From positions 96,001-160,000 of the forward strand of contig JASFQK010000001.1 of the NCBI GenBank assembly GCA_050115495.1: DNA of 64,000 nucleotides. The letters are read 5' to 3'. This DNA comes from Phycisphaerae bacterium. GTDB taxonomy: Bacteria > Planctomycetota > Phycisphaerae > UBA1845 > Fen-1342. The translations under genes and the position numbers were made by a program. Each line of letters begins with the position of its first letter. Position 1 is the first letter of the stretch. Shown here one piece after another: positions 8,759 to 18,248 of this stretch. Under the pieces are notes generated by a model. The model did no database searches and was not told the DNA's origin. It saw only the letters and a program-made list of their open reading frames with translations.

Positions 8759-10047
8759 TCCGCCGGTCCCTCCACCAGCGGGATCGCCCCGTAGCGACCA
8801 GCCAGATATCCCCTCATCAGGTTCTCACTCTTTCTCGGCAGCTTCTTGTAGTCCCACAGCGAGTAGAGAGTAGACGCGCCATCCCGGTCCTTCTCCGTGA
8901 ACCAGACTTGATCGCGACGAAGCAAATCGGACTGAAGCAAACTGGCGTCATGCGTCGCGAACACAAGTTGCGCGCCTTTGGGATTCGTTCGCTCGTCGTG
9001 GAACATCCGCACCAACCACGTCGTAAGCAATGGATGGAGCCGCGCCTCCAACTCGTCGATGAAAAGCACGCAACCGTGCTCCAGCACATACAGCCACGGT
9101 CCCGCCAAAGCGAACAGCTTCTGCGTACCGTCCGATTCATCCTCGAAAAGGTCGAGTGTCACGGATCCGCGCCCCGCCGCGCCGGCCCGATGCAGGGTCC
9201 GGACGCGCGCAGCGCTTGCGTCCTCGGGCAACTCGCGAAACAGCTCCTCTCGAAGCGGACCGGGGATATCGCGCCAGCTAGGGCTCTCTCGGATCGGCAT
9301 CTCGATGATCTCCAGCTCATCGATGCCGATATCTGCCTCCCGCAGAAACTGAAGGCACGATCTCAGCATCTCCTTGCTGCGCTTCGCGTTCGCAACGGTG
9401 AACTGCATTTCGCCCCCAGCCACCGGAAACCAGGACACCTCCCGAAACCTCTCATCAAACCAGTCGTGCACGGTCATTGCCACCGGATGGGCGAACTGCG
9501 CGGCAACCGAGATGAAGAGTGCGTCATCTCTGATGAGGTGCACGAGACTCCGACCGGCCCCCTGCCAGTGGGTACCAAAACGCACGTCAGGCGATGCCCC
9601 ACGGCCGCTCGCAGTGCGCTTGAAAAGCAAACGCGGTTGGCCGCGCGGGAAACTGCGCAACGATTCCTCATGGACGCGCCCGCTGTCAACAGCAAAGCCG
9701 TACTCATGCGGCACACCCTCGTGCACAAACATCACCTCAAACCGGCTGGGACGCGAGCGCGTGTGCTGGTCAAACTTGAACGGCGTCACGCCGATGCGCG
9801 ACCCCGGCCGCTTCCCGGTGCCCGACTCGAGAACGAAGTCGCGCATGAACGCCATCGCCCGCAGGAGATTGGACTTCCCCGACGCGTTCGGCCCGAAGAC
9901 CCCCACGCTGCGCAGCAGCCGGAGGTTCGTTCCCTGCGCCTTCTCAATCACGTTTCCGGGCATCGACTTGTCAGCCGACGCCACCAGACTCAACGTGACA
10001 CGGTCTCTAAATGACCGATAATTCTCAACAGAAAACTCAACCAGCAT
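8755..10047 (-). CDS. rloA: AAA_21/RloA-type ATPase
   Basis: MLVEFSVENYRSF, Walker A GPNASGKS, ESDGTQK, Walker B LFIDELEARLHP, QLVFATHD, YLAGRYGAIP; 4-nt overlap with rloB. Confidence 0.88.
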   Translation of the reverse strand: MLVEFSVENYRSFRDRVTLSLVASADKSMPGNVIEKAQGTNLRLLRSVGVFGPNASGKSNLLRAMAFMRDFVLESGTGKRPGSRIGVTPFKFDQHTRSRPSRFEVMFVHEGVPHEYGFAVDSGRVHEESLRSFPRGQPRLLFKRTASGRGASPDVRFGTHWQGAGRSLVHLIRDDALFISVAAQFAHPVAMTVHDWFDERFREVSWFPVAGGEMQFTVANAKRSKEMLRSCLQFLREADIGIDELEIIEMPIRESPSWRDIPGPLREELFRELPEDASAARVRTLHRAGAAGRGSVTLDLFEDESDGTQKLFALAGPWLYVLEHGCVLFIDELEARLHPLLTTWLVRMFHDERTNPKGAQLVFATHDASLLQSDLLRRDQVWFTEKDRDGASTLYSLWDYKKLPRKSENLMRGYLAGRYGAIPLVEGPAE

Positions 10048-10259
10048 CCCGGCACTCCCGGTATGACCTGCCGAAATAATACACCCATGCAACAAAATTA
10101 ATGCATACTATGCACATAATCGGCAGGAATTCAGATTATTTATGTTTGTCCGCCGAATATTGCCAGGGGGCCAGATAAGCGCCACAAACAGCCAACTACC
10201 ACACCTGGGGTCCATTTCGCGCAGCCACCCCCAGTAGGAGCATACCCCCCCGCGGCCCA

Positions 10260-11399
10260 TCACCGGCGAATCGGACGATACAACGTGTCCCGCTCCACCG
10301 GCTCACAGCCTGCCTCGCGAATCAGCCGCTGAATCTGCGGCACCGTCAGCTCCTGCCGGTTCGTGCCGCGGCCCTCCCGCTTCGTGATGTCGTACTGCAC
10401 CACCGTCCCGTCGAAGTCATCCACGCCCCAGTTCAACGCCACCTGGGCCAGTTTCGGCGACAGCATCGGCCAGAACGCCTTGATGTGCGCGAAGTTGTCC
10501 AGCATCAGCCGCGCCACCGCCAGCGTGCGCAGGTCATCCAGCCCCGTCGGCCCCGGCAGATGCGCCAGCGCACTGCCCTCCGGAATGAACGACAGCGGCA
10601 CGCAGCACTGAAACGCCGCCGGCCGCTCGGCCAGCGACACATCCTGATGCGCCCGCAGCTTGAGCAGATGCCCCAGCCGCTCCTCGACCGTCTCGACGTG
10701 CCCGTACAGCATCGTCGCGTTGGTCGGAATGCCGAGGGCATGCGCCGTGTCGTGCACGTCGAACCACTGCGCTTCGCCGACCTTGTTGCGAAACGCCTCA
10801 TCGTGCACGCGATCGTCAAAGATCTCCGCCCCACCGCCGGGCATGGCGTCCAGACCCGCCGCCCGCAGTTCCGTCAGCACCTCCGCGACGCTCAGTCGTG
10901 GCCGGCTGATCCGCGTGAAGTGCACGATCTCAATCGCGGTGAACGCCTTGATCATCAGCCGCGGACACGCCCGCCGAATCTCCCGGCACATCTCCACGTA
11001 GTACTCGAACGGCAGCCGCGGATGCAGTCCGCCGACGATGTGCACCTCGGTTGCCCCTGCGGCCTCCGCCTCGGCGGCCATCTGCACGATCTGCTCGACG
11101 GTGTACTCGTACGCGCCGTCGACGACCCCGCCCCGCGCGTCATACGGCCGATAAAACGAACAGAACTTGCAGCGCAGCACGCAGAGGTTCGTGTAGTTGA
11201 TGTGCCGGTTGATGTTGTACCACGCCCGCCGGCCGTGTTGCCGCTCGCGCACCACGTTGGCCAGCTCGCCGACGGTCAGCAGGTCGCGTGTGCGCAGCAG
11301 CGTCAGGCCGTCCGCCTCGCTCAGCCGCCCACCGGCGCGGACCTTCTCCGCGATCGGCACCAGTTCCGGATCCACTGCCGTCTGAGACGCCGCCGGCAT
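10260..11399 (-). CDS. mqnE: Aminofutalosine synthase (radical SAM, menaquinone futalosine pathway)
   Basis: NRHINYTNLCVLRCKFC, EVHIVGGLHP, KAFTAIEI, PGGGAEIF, NATMLYGH, ERDTLY. Confidence 0.85.
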   Translation of the reverse strand: MPAASQTAVDPELVPIAEKVRAGGRLSEADGLTLLRTRDLLTVGELANVVRERQHGRRAWYNINRHINYTNLCVLRCKFCSFYRPYDARGGVVDGAYEYTVEQIVQMAAEAEAAGATEVHIVGGLHPRLPFEYYVEMCREIRRACPRLMIKAFTAIEIVHFTRISRPRLSVAEVLTELRAAGLDAMPGGGAEIFDDRVHDEAFRNKVGEAQWFDVHDTAHALGIPTNATMLYGHVETVEERLGHLLKLRAHQDVSLAERPAAFQCCVPLSFIPEGSALAHLPGPTGLDDLRTLAVARLMLDNFAHIKAFWPMLSPKLAQVALNWGVDDFDGTVVQYDITKREGRGTNRQELTVPQIQRLIREAGCEPVERDTLYRPIRR

Positions 11400-11521
11400 T
11401 CGACCAATCTCCGTGACATGCTGGCCGCGGCCCGCGCCGAGGAACTTCCCCGGCGGCTGCCCGCGTCCGAAAGTTGCCCTAGAATTGTAGCGAGCCAGGA
11501 CGTGCCGGCGGAGACTGCCTC

Positions 11522-12088
11522 ATGAACAAGAACATCCAGCGTTACACTCCGGCCCTGCTGCTGCTGGGGGCAGCGCTGTTGATCATCCTCGCCCGCGAGT
11601 ACGTGACCGACCGGACCGGTGCCGGCGAACGTCCGCCCGGCGCGCCGCTTCCCGGGCAGGTCGTGCCGTCGTTCGACGTCCGCTCCCTGGCGGACAACCG
11701 CATCAAGTTCCCCGACGCGTACCACGGCAAGATCGTCCTGCTCGATTTCTGGGCCACCTGGTGCCCGCCCTGCGTGGCCGAGGTCCCCCATCTCGTCGAG
11801 GCCTACGAGAAGTACCACGACGCCGGCCTCGAGATCATCGGCGTCTCGCTGGACAAGGGCCGCACTTCCGCCGGCACCGTACGGTCGTTCATCCAGGACC
11901 GCCACATGCCCTGGGAGCAGATCTACGACGAAGCCGAGGGGATCGCCGGCGACTATCGCGTCGTGGGCATCCCCACGATGTTCCTCATCGACGGCGACAC
12001 CGGCCGCCTCCTCGCCGACGGCAACGACCTGTACGGCTCCGCCCTCCCTGCCACAATCGCCAAACACCTGCCCAACCGCAACCCGTAG
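11522..12088 (+). CDS. TlpA-family membrane-anchored thioredoxin
   Basis: N-terminal TM helix; LLDFWATWCPPC; GIPTMFLID. Confidence 0.9.
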   Translation: MNKNIQRYTPALLLLGAALLIILAREYVTDRTGAGERPPGAPLPGQVVPSFDVRSLADNRIKFPDAYHGKIVLLDFWATWCPPCVAEVPHLVEAYEKYHDAGLEIIGVSLDKGRTSAGTVRSFIQDRHMPWEQIYDEAEGIAGDYRVVGIPTMFLIDGDTGRLLADGNDLYGSALPATIAKHLPNRNP

Positions 12089-12248
12089 CGTCGGCCCCCC
12101 GTGGCCGACGTCGATTGCCAACGGGACGCACGACCCGCAACGTAGCGGCCGACCTCCGTATCGAACGTCGCTGGCCAACACGCACTCGATCTCGCGAATT
12201 CTGCCCCCGACTCCCTTCTTCCCACTCGCTGCCGCTCGGGGCTCGGAC
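12085..12248. repeat. Cluster of REP-like elements between convergent genes
   Basis: GTAGCGTCGGCCCCCCGTGGCCGACG (12085; also at 31541), GTAGCGGCCGACCTCCGT (12142; reverse complement of 2875-2892), CTCGCTGCCGCTCGGGGCTCG (12225; also at 31499). Confidence 0.75.
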
Positions 12249-12276
12249 GGACACAACGACGCCGCGCACGCGCCTG

Positions 12277-13842
12277 TCACGCCGCTTCCGCGCGTCCCCG
12301 CCGGGCCGCCACGAACAGCGCCCGCCGCGCCCGCCAGCCCAGCCACGTCGCCCCCAGCGCAATGACGCCCTGCCCGATCAGCCCCGGCCATGGCTTCCCG
12401 TCCTCCGCCATGCACAGCACGAGCGTGCCGATCGGCGAGTAGCCGGCGAACCACAGATCCACGAACTTGCACTCCTCCCCCGAGTGCTCGATCGAAAACG
12501 CCAGCACCAAATCGAGCACCAGCGGCAGCACCTTGAACACCAGCAGCGACAACAGCAGCCAGCGGAACAGCTTCATCCCGCGGGCCACCGCGAAATACAC
12601 CACGTTGTAGTCCACCCAGAACGAGGCCAGCAGCGCCAGCAACATGGCCAGCCGCAGATCCCACCGCCCGAAGGCCAACTCGAGGACCGGCCTCCCGCGC
12701 GACGTCACGTCTCGCAGCACGAGCGCCGGATCCATGCGCTCGTACATCGCCGCCAGCGTGAGCACGACGAGCAGGGCCAGCACCACGGGTATGAGCCTCT
12801 GCGTGCCGTCCAGCAGGCCGCCGGCCGGTTCCCCGAACGCCGCCCCCCGGTCGCGGCGGAACTGCTCCGCGGCCGCCCCGACCAGCGGGAACAGGGCCAC
12901 GATCAGACAGATCGACGTGGACATCACGAGCTGCACAGCGGCGAGGTTATCCAGGTCATAGTTCACGATCAGCCAGTGCCGCGCCGACAGCGCGTTCATC
13001 CCGGCCACCGCCGTCGCCGACCACAGCGCCGCCAGCAGCAGTCCCAGACCCACGCCGAACATCGGCCGCTCCGGCGCCCGCACCTTGCGACAGGCCGCCC
13101 AGGCGAACACCAGCCCAAAGGCCACCTGTCCCGCGATCGTCATGGCTATTTCCGCCGCGTTACCCGGCATGGCCGTCGGCACGCCCCCGCCGAACAGCGC
13201 GCGAACGAGCGTCCCGCCGCCGATCACGCCCGAGATCAGGGCCAGCCCTGGCACAAACGCCACGGCGAAGTAGCCGCCGAAGATCCCCACGATGATGGCC
13301 ACGCCGACGATGTTCGTCTTCCCCGCCGAGCCCAGCGCCAGCAGCAGCGCCAGGCTGCCGACCATGAACGCCGTGCAGATCAAACAGGCCTGGAGGCTGT
13401 ACCAGCCGATGAACAGCATCGACCCGAGGCGCGGCATGTTCATGCCGCTCGCCACCCGGGCCACGAAGAACGCCCCCAGCAGCAGACCCATGCCGAACAG
13501 CCAGAACGACTGCACCGGCGGCCCGGTCAGGTAGCCCGCGACGATCTTGACGCCGCTCATCGGCGACAGCCGGTGCGACTCGATCATGCCGGTTTGATAG
13601 TCGCGCAGCACCGCCTTGCGAATACCGCTGGGCGCGATCAACAGCAGGAAGAGACCCTGAAGCAACGTCACGAAACCGAGACACGCGGAGCTGATCCCCC
13701 CCGCATCGCTCGCCGATCCCAACTGGTACAGCATCGCCGATCCCAACAGCACCAGCACGCCGTAAGCGATGGCGATCGCCACGTTGTTGCGCCACGCGCC
13801 CGTCAGGCGGAAATGCACCCAGAACAGAGGGTTCGCACTCAT
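12277..13842 (-). CDS. ABC transporter permease-like multi-pass membrane protein
   Basis: Many hydrophobic segments; immediately downstream of an ABC ATPase. Confidence 0.75.
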   Translation of the reverse strand: MSANPLFWVHFRLTGAWRNNVAIAIAYGVLVLLGSAMLYQLGSASDAGGISSACLGFVTLLQGLFLLLIAPSGIRKAVLRDYQTGMIESHRLSPMSGVKIVAGYLTGPPVQSFWLFGMGLLLGAFFVARVASGMNMPRLGSMLFIGWYSLQACLICTAFMVGSLALLLALGSAGKTNIVGVAIIVGIFGGYFAVAFVPGLALISGVIGGGTLVRALFGGGVPTAMPGNAAEIAMTIAGQVAFGLVFAWAACRKVRAPERPMFGVGLGLLLAALWSATAVAGMNALSARHWLIVNYDLDNLAAVQLVMSTSICLIVALFPLVGAAAEQFRRDRGAAFGEPAGGLLDGTQRLIPVVLALLVVLTLAAMYERMDPALVLRDVTSRGRPVLELAFGRWDLRLAMLLALLASFWVDYNVVYFAVARGMKLFRWLLLSLLVFKVLPLVLDLVLAFSIEHSGEECKFVDLWFAGYSPIGTLVLCMAEDGKPWPGLIGQGVIALGATWLGWRARRALFVAARRGRAEAA

Positions 13843-13845
13843 CGC

Positions 13846-14787
13846 TCAATCCACCTGTTTGATGCCGCTGCGCAGATAAGCCTGCTCGAGGTCGGGCCGC
13901 TCCGGACCGAACTCCGCCACCGGCAGCCCCGCCGTCAGCAGCGCCGCCAGCAGCCGCGCCGCCGCCGCCCGGCCCTCGTCATATTCCAGCGTCACGAGGT
14001 CCCCGTCGGCCTCGATCTCGGTGATCCCGGCCACGTCGGCCAGCCGCGTGGCCACGTCGCCCACCCGCTGGACCAGCATGATGCGGTACCGGCTCCGCTG
14101 CCGGTTCGATCCGCCGGCCACTTCGGCGACGGTTCCGAACGAGCGCAGCCGCCCGTGCTCCATCATGGCAATATGCGTGCAAACCTCGCTCAGATCCGCC
14201 AGGATGTGCGAGGAGACGATCAGCGCCTTGCCCTGGTCCCGTAGCGACGCCAGCAGCCGCCGAAACTGCACCCGCCCCGCCGGATCCAGCCCCGCCGCCG
14301 GCTCGTCCATCAGCACCACGTGCGGATCGGGCAGCAGCGTGCGCGCTACGGCCAGCCGCTGCTTCATCCCGCGTGACAGGCTCCCCACCCGCTCCCGCCG
14401 CTTTTCGCTCAGCCAGAGCTGCTCCAGCCAGTGATCGATCCGCTCGCTCGTCAGCCCCCGCGGCAACCCGTAACAGCGGGCGATGAACTCTAGGTACTCA
14501 TCCACCTTCAGGGCATCGTACAACGCCGGCGTGTCCGGCGCCAGCGCCAGATGCTGACCCACCTCGGTGGCGTGCTCGAAAACATCGTGCCCCAGGACGG
14601 TCACGTGCCCGGTACTGATCGGTTGCAGACCCGTCGCCGCCCGCAGCGTCGTCGTCTTGCCCGCTCCGTTCGGCCCGATCAGCCCGAGCAACTCCCCGCC
14701 CCGCAGGTCGAAGCTCAGATCGTCCACCGCCAGAAATCGGCCGTACTGCACGCGCACATGGCGCAGGCTCAGCAGCGGCTCACTCAT
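13846..14787 (-). CDS. ABC transporter ATP-binding protein
   Basis: GPNGAGKT, LSRGMKQR, VLMDEP, SSH. Confidence 0.93.
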   Translation of the reverse strand: MSEPLLSLRHVRVQYGRFLAVDDLSFDLRGGELLGLIGPNGAGKTTTLRAATGLQPISTGHVTVLGHDVFEHATEVGQHLALAPDTPALYDALKVDEYLEFIARCYGLPRGLTSERIDHWLEQLWLSEKRRERVGSLSRGMKQRLAVARTLLPDPHVVLMDEPAAGLDPAGRVQFRRLLASLRDQGKALIVSSHILADLSEVCTHIAMMEHGRLRSFGTVAEVAGGSNRQRSRYRIMLVQRVGDVATRLADVAGITEIEADGDLVTLEYDEGRAAAARLLAALLTAGLPVAEFGPERPDLEQAYLRSGIKQVD

Positions 14788-14900
14788 CGCTGCGCCCTCC
14801 AGCGGGTCGCCCCCTGGACGCCCGGGCCGTATCATGACCGTGGCCCGCCGGCGACTCAAGCACCGAGTCCCGCGGCGCCCGGACAACGTCAGGATTGCTT

Positions 14901-15146
14901 ATGCTCATCTGGCCCCCACAACCCGACGCCTTCCGGGGCTACTGGCTCACGCCCGGCGTCTTCGGCCTGGTCCTCATCTTGGCCGGCATCCTCATCTACC
15001 TGGACCCCGACCTGCTGGCCTACTTCTTCGCCGCCATCTTCATTCTCGTCGGCATGGGCCTGATCGGCGTAGCCTGGAAGATGCGCCAGCGCGTCACCTT
15101 CCGGCGACTGGACGACCCGCCACCCGACGATCGTTTTGACGCGTAG
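14901..15146 (+). CDS. Small two-TM membrane protein
   Basis: Two hydrophobic helices; codon usage like host genes. Confidence 0.7.
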   Translation: MLIWPPQPDAFRGYWLTPGVFGLVLILAGILIYLDPDLLAYFFAAIFILVGMGLIGVAWKMRQRVTFRRLDDPPPDDRFDA

Positions 15147-15156
15147 CCGCCGCCCG

Positions 15157-15381
15157 CTACGCGAAGATGCGGGCAACCGAATCGGCGATCACGGGAGCCG
15201 CCGACGCCGACTGCTCGCCGACCAGCCCGATAATCGCCTGCATTAGCGCGGTGAGGAACCCACTCGACACATTAATGATGCCGTCTTCCACGGCCGCCCG
15301 CGTCTCCGTATCGCAGCCGTTCAGGAAAAACGCACCGCCCATCGCGAGCATCGCCAGCCGATACCAATACACCCTACGCAT
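15157..15381 (-). CDS. Small putative lipoprotein
   Basis: AGGAG RBS; MRRVYWYRLAMLAMGGAFFLNG/C lipobox-like. Confidence 0.65.
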   Translation of the reverse strand: MRRVYWYRLAMLAMGGAFFLNGCDTETRAAVEDGIINVSSGFLTALMQAIIGLVGEQSASAAPVIADSVARIFA

Positions 15382-15587
15382 AGTCTGCTCCTGCCGGCGA
15401 CCGGCGACCGCCACACAACCCGCGCGTAGCGCCCGGGCTCCGCACCGGACGTCTACCGCTAGCGATCGGCGACCACCTCGTCGTCCATAGTACGCCCACG
15501 CCAGCCGCCCGGCCAGCACGGGCGCAGACCAAGACCCTCCTTGTGATACACCCCCACCCAAGACTCGGATGCACCTCTCCCCGCCCC

Positions 15588-16640
15588 TCAGCTCCGCCGC
15601 CGGGCGTCCTTCCGCCCCTCCTCCTGCCCGGCCCCGTGCGGGTGACAGCGGGCGTGAATTTCCTTCAACCGCCGCGTCTGCACGTGCGTGTAGATCTCCG
15701 TCGTCCCGACGCTGACGTGCCCGAGCAGCTCCTGCACCACGCGCAGATCGGCCCCGCCTTCGAGCAGGTGTGTCGCAAAACTGTGCCGCAGTGTGTGCGG
15801 GCTCACCTTCCCCGGGATCCCCCGCTTCACCGCTTCCCGCCGCACCAGCCGCCACACCGCCGTCCGCTCCAACGCCCCGCCGGTGCGCGTCAAAAACAGC
15901 GGCAGGCCGGCGACCGCCTTCGCCGTCAGCGGCCACGCCCAGCGCCCGCGCTCCTGCCCCCGCCGCAACAGCACCGGCCGCAAATGCTCCAGGTACGCCT
16001 CCAGCGCATCCCGCGCCGCCCGCCCCACCGGCACCACCCGCTCTTTCCGCCCCTTCCCCATGCACCGCACATACCCCCCCTCAAGCTGCACATCCCCCTC
16101 CGCCAGCCCGCACAACTCACTCACGCGCAAACCCGACGAATAGAACAGCTCCAGAATCGCCCGGTCCCGCAGCCCCAATTCCTCCTCCTCGTTCGGCAAC
16201 GTCACCAGCTCCACCGTCCGCTCCAGGCTCAGCGTCGGCGGCAACGGCTTGCCCCGCTTCGGCGACTCCAGCAAGCTCGCCTTGTCCTCGGCGATCTGCT
16301 TCGTCTCATGCAGCCAGCGCAGCCACATCCGCATGGCCACCACGTGCCGGGCGATCGTCGTCTCGCGATACCGCTCGTCCGTCAGCTCGACCAAGTACGC
16401 CTGAAAGATCTGCCATGTCAGCGTGTTCCAGTCGTCGATCCCCCGCCGCCGGAGAAAGTCCCCCAGCCGGCGCAGATCGCGCCGATACGCCGCCATCGTG
16501 TTCGCCGACAACCCCAGCTCGACGTTCTGATACGTGCGAAACGCCGTCAGCGAACGCTCAAACGCGGGCGTACACGTGTAGACGCCCCCCTCCGCTTGTC
16601 CGTCCGGCCTCCTGCCTGGACCCTTCGCGAGTCGTGTCAC
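15588..16640 (-). CDS. xerD: Site-specific tyrosine recombinase XerD
   Basis: GLSANT..AYRRDL, GLRVSEL, GKGRKER, SPHTLRHSFATHLLEGGADLRVVQELLGH, IYTHV; start (GTG 16640) uncertain. Confidence 0.85.
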   Translation of the reverse strand: MTRLAKGPGRRPDGQAEGGVYTCTPAFERSLTAFRTYQNVELGLSANTMAAYRRDLRRLGDFLRRRGIDDWNTLTWQIFQAYLVELTDERYRETTIARHVVAMRMWLRWLHETKQIAEDKASLLESPKRGKPLPPTLSLERTVELVTLPNEEEELGLRDRAILELFYSSGLRVSELCGLAEGDVQLEGGYVRCMGKGRKERVVPVGRAARDALEAYLEHLRPVLLRRGQERGRWAWPLTAKAVAGLPLFLTRTGGALERTAVWRLVRREAVKRGIPGKVSPHTLRHSFATHLLEGGADLRVVQELLGHVSVGTTEIYTHVQTRRLKEIHARCHPHGAGQEEGRKDARRRS

Positions 16641-16743
16641 GCCGGTTCCTCGCCTCCATGCGAAACCACGGCGCGGGCGTCCGGTCACGCCTCGGCCACC
16701 GGACACCTTACCCGACCCGCTGGCTTTCGGAAACGGCGGTTCG

Positions 16744-17853
16744 TCAGGGAATCACGGTCCCCGGATCCGCGTGCGTCATCCCGATGTCGTCGTTCACCAC
16801 CGACCCCGTCGGGTACCACAGGCTGATCTCGCGCGACGCCTGGTCGGTCAACGAAGCGACGTGCCCATCAAAGAACACCGCGTTGATCGCGCCGCTATTC
16901 GTCTGGGCGCTGCCATCAGGCCTCGGCGCCGCCATAGGCGGCCCCGCCTCCGGCCAGTGGCGGTACGACAACAACAGGTTGCCACCCTCTGCCGGGCTGC
17001 CGTACGGCACGACCTCATCGTCCCACGTCAGCGAACCCGTGCGCACGCCATAGGCGCTGCTCCCCGACCACCAGCCGCCACTGCCAGAAAGCGCGCCGAA
17101 GATCGAGGGGTCGGGATCGACATCAATGCTTACGTACCCGTCGCCGACGTAGCGCGTGCCGTCAGCCAGAAACACCTTGCTCGCCGGGGGGCCGACCTCT
17201 GTGAGGCGCGAGACGAAGTCTTCGTTTGCAACCTCCCACGAACTCGGCAACGCGCGGGCGCGAACCGGCAACTGCGGGAACCCTTCCATCTGCGACAGCA
17301 CGTCGCCCGCGTGCGCCTGACCCCAGTACGAGAAGTACGCCGGCATCAGGTAGCTGCACGCCGGCCACGTGAACGCTTCGAAATCGTCCCCATCTGGCGA
17401 GCCGACGCCGTACACCTGGGACGTCGCCCGCTGCTGCGGGCACCGGAACCTCGTCCAGAGCTCGTGCCAGCGCTCGGCCCGGTTGTCCGGCAGTGTATCC
17501 ACACCGATGTACCCGGCGACCGGCCTCATCCAGTCGAAGCTCTGCACAGGCAGACTGCTGTCGTGCAACACCGACGGGTCAGAGCCCCACAACATTCGCT
17601 TGGCCCGCACCGCGACGCCGGACGTGTTGACGCCTGGGAAGTAATCCTCGTGATCAACCGTGTACGCGAGCATCCCAAGACTGAGATTGTGCAGCGTATC
17701 CGCGCACGTCGTACCCCGGGCGCGCACGCGGGCCTGCTGCACCGCCGGCGCTGCCACCAGCCCCAGAACCACGATCGCCGACGACGCTGCCAGCAACTCA
17801 ACCAACGTAAGCCCCCGCCGCCCACTCACCGCCGAACCAGCATACCTGAACAT
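16744..17853 (-). CDS. Prepilin-type N-terminal cleavage/methylation, H-X9-DG (DUF1559-like) protein, paralog A
   Basis: RRG/LTLVELL...PAVQQAR...C...L; C-terminal YRH...INAVFFDGHV. Confidence 0.85.
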   Translation of the reverse strand: MFRYAGSAVSGRRGLTLVELLAASSAIVVLGLVAAPAVQQARVRARGTTCADTLHNLSLGMLAYTVDHEDYFPGVNTSGVAVRAKRMLWGSDPSVLHDSSLPVQSFDWMRPVAGYIGVDTLPDNRAERWHELWTRFRCPQQRATSQVYGVGSPDGDDFEAFTWPACSYLMPAYFSYWGQAHAGDVLSQMEGFPQLPVRARALPSSWEVANEDFVSRLTEVGPPASKVFLADGTRYVGDGYVSIDVDPDPSIFGALSGSGGWWSGSSAYGVRTGSLTWDDEVVPYGSPAEGGNLLLSYRHWPEAGPPMAAPRPDGSAQTNSGAINAVFFDGHVASLTDQASREISLWYPTGSVVNDDIGMTHADPGTVIP

Positions 17854-18248
17854 GTTGGTACCCTCCGCACGCTCTCGCCGCATGAACCCGCCCGCCGCGC
17901 CCCAACCACGGCGCACGGCAACCATTGTCAGTATAACGCCTGGTCAGCCCAATGTGTAGAAAAGCGTTGCCAGCACACGGCCCGGCGGCGATTCCAGCCT
18001 CTCAGGCCGCACCGGCACGACGAGAATTAACACAATCTCCACAGCGGCCACCCGGCAAACGCCGTCTCACGGAGTGACCCAACTCACCATCGTTGTCCTG
18101 ACACACACCCAACTCTGCACCGGCCGGCCCACCAACGTGCCCGCCCTTCCGGGGCGCGGTACGATGGGGCCCTGCGGCCCGACAGGGGAACCGGGCCACG
18201 CCAAATGCGGAATGTCGGACGGCCAACACACCGTGAACAGGCCGGCTC

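Noticed and set aside
11761..14244. Long alternative-frame ORFs (827 aa here; also 25122-26585, 50236-51807, 59197-60774)
   Set aside because: Arg/Pro/Ala-rich shadow ORFs antisense to well-supported genes, expected at high GC.
15588..16640. Tyrosine recombinase as a prophage/ICE integrase
   Set aside because: Canonical XerD signature (HSFATHLLEGGADLRVVQELLGH); no att repeats, tRNA or phage genes nearby.
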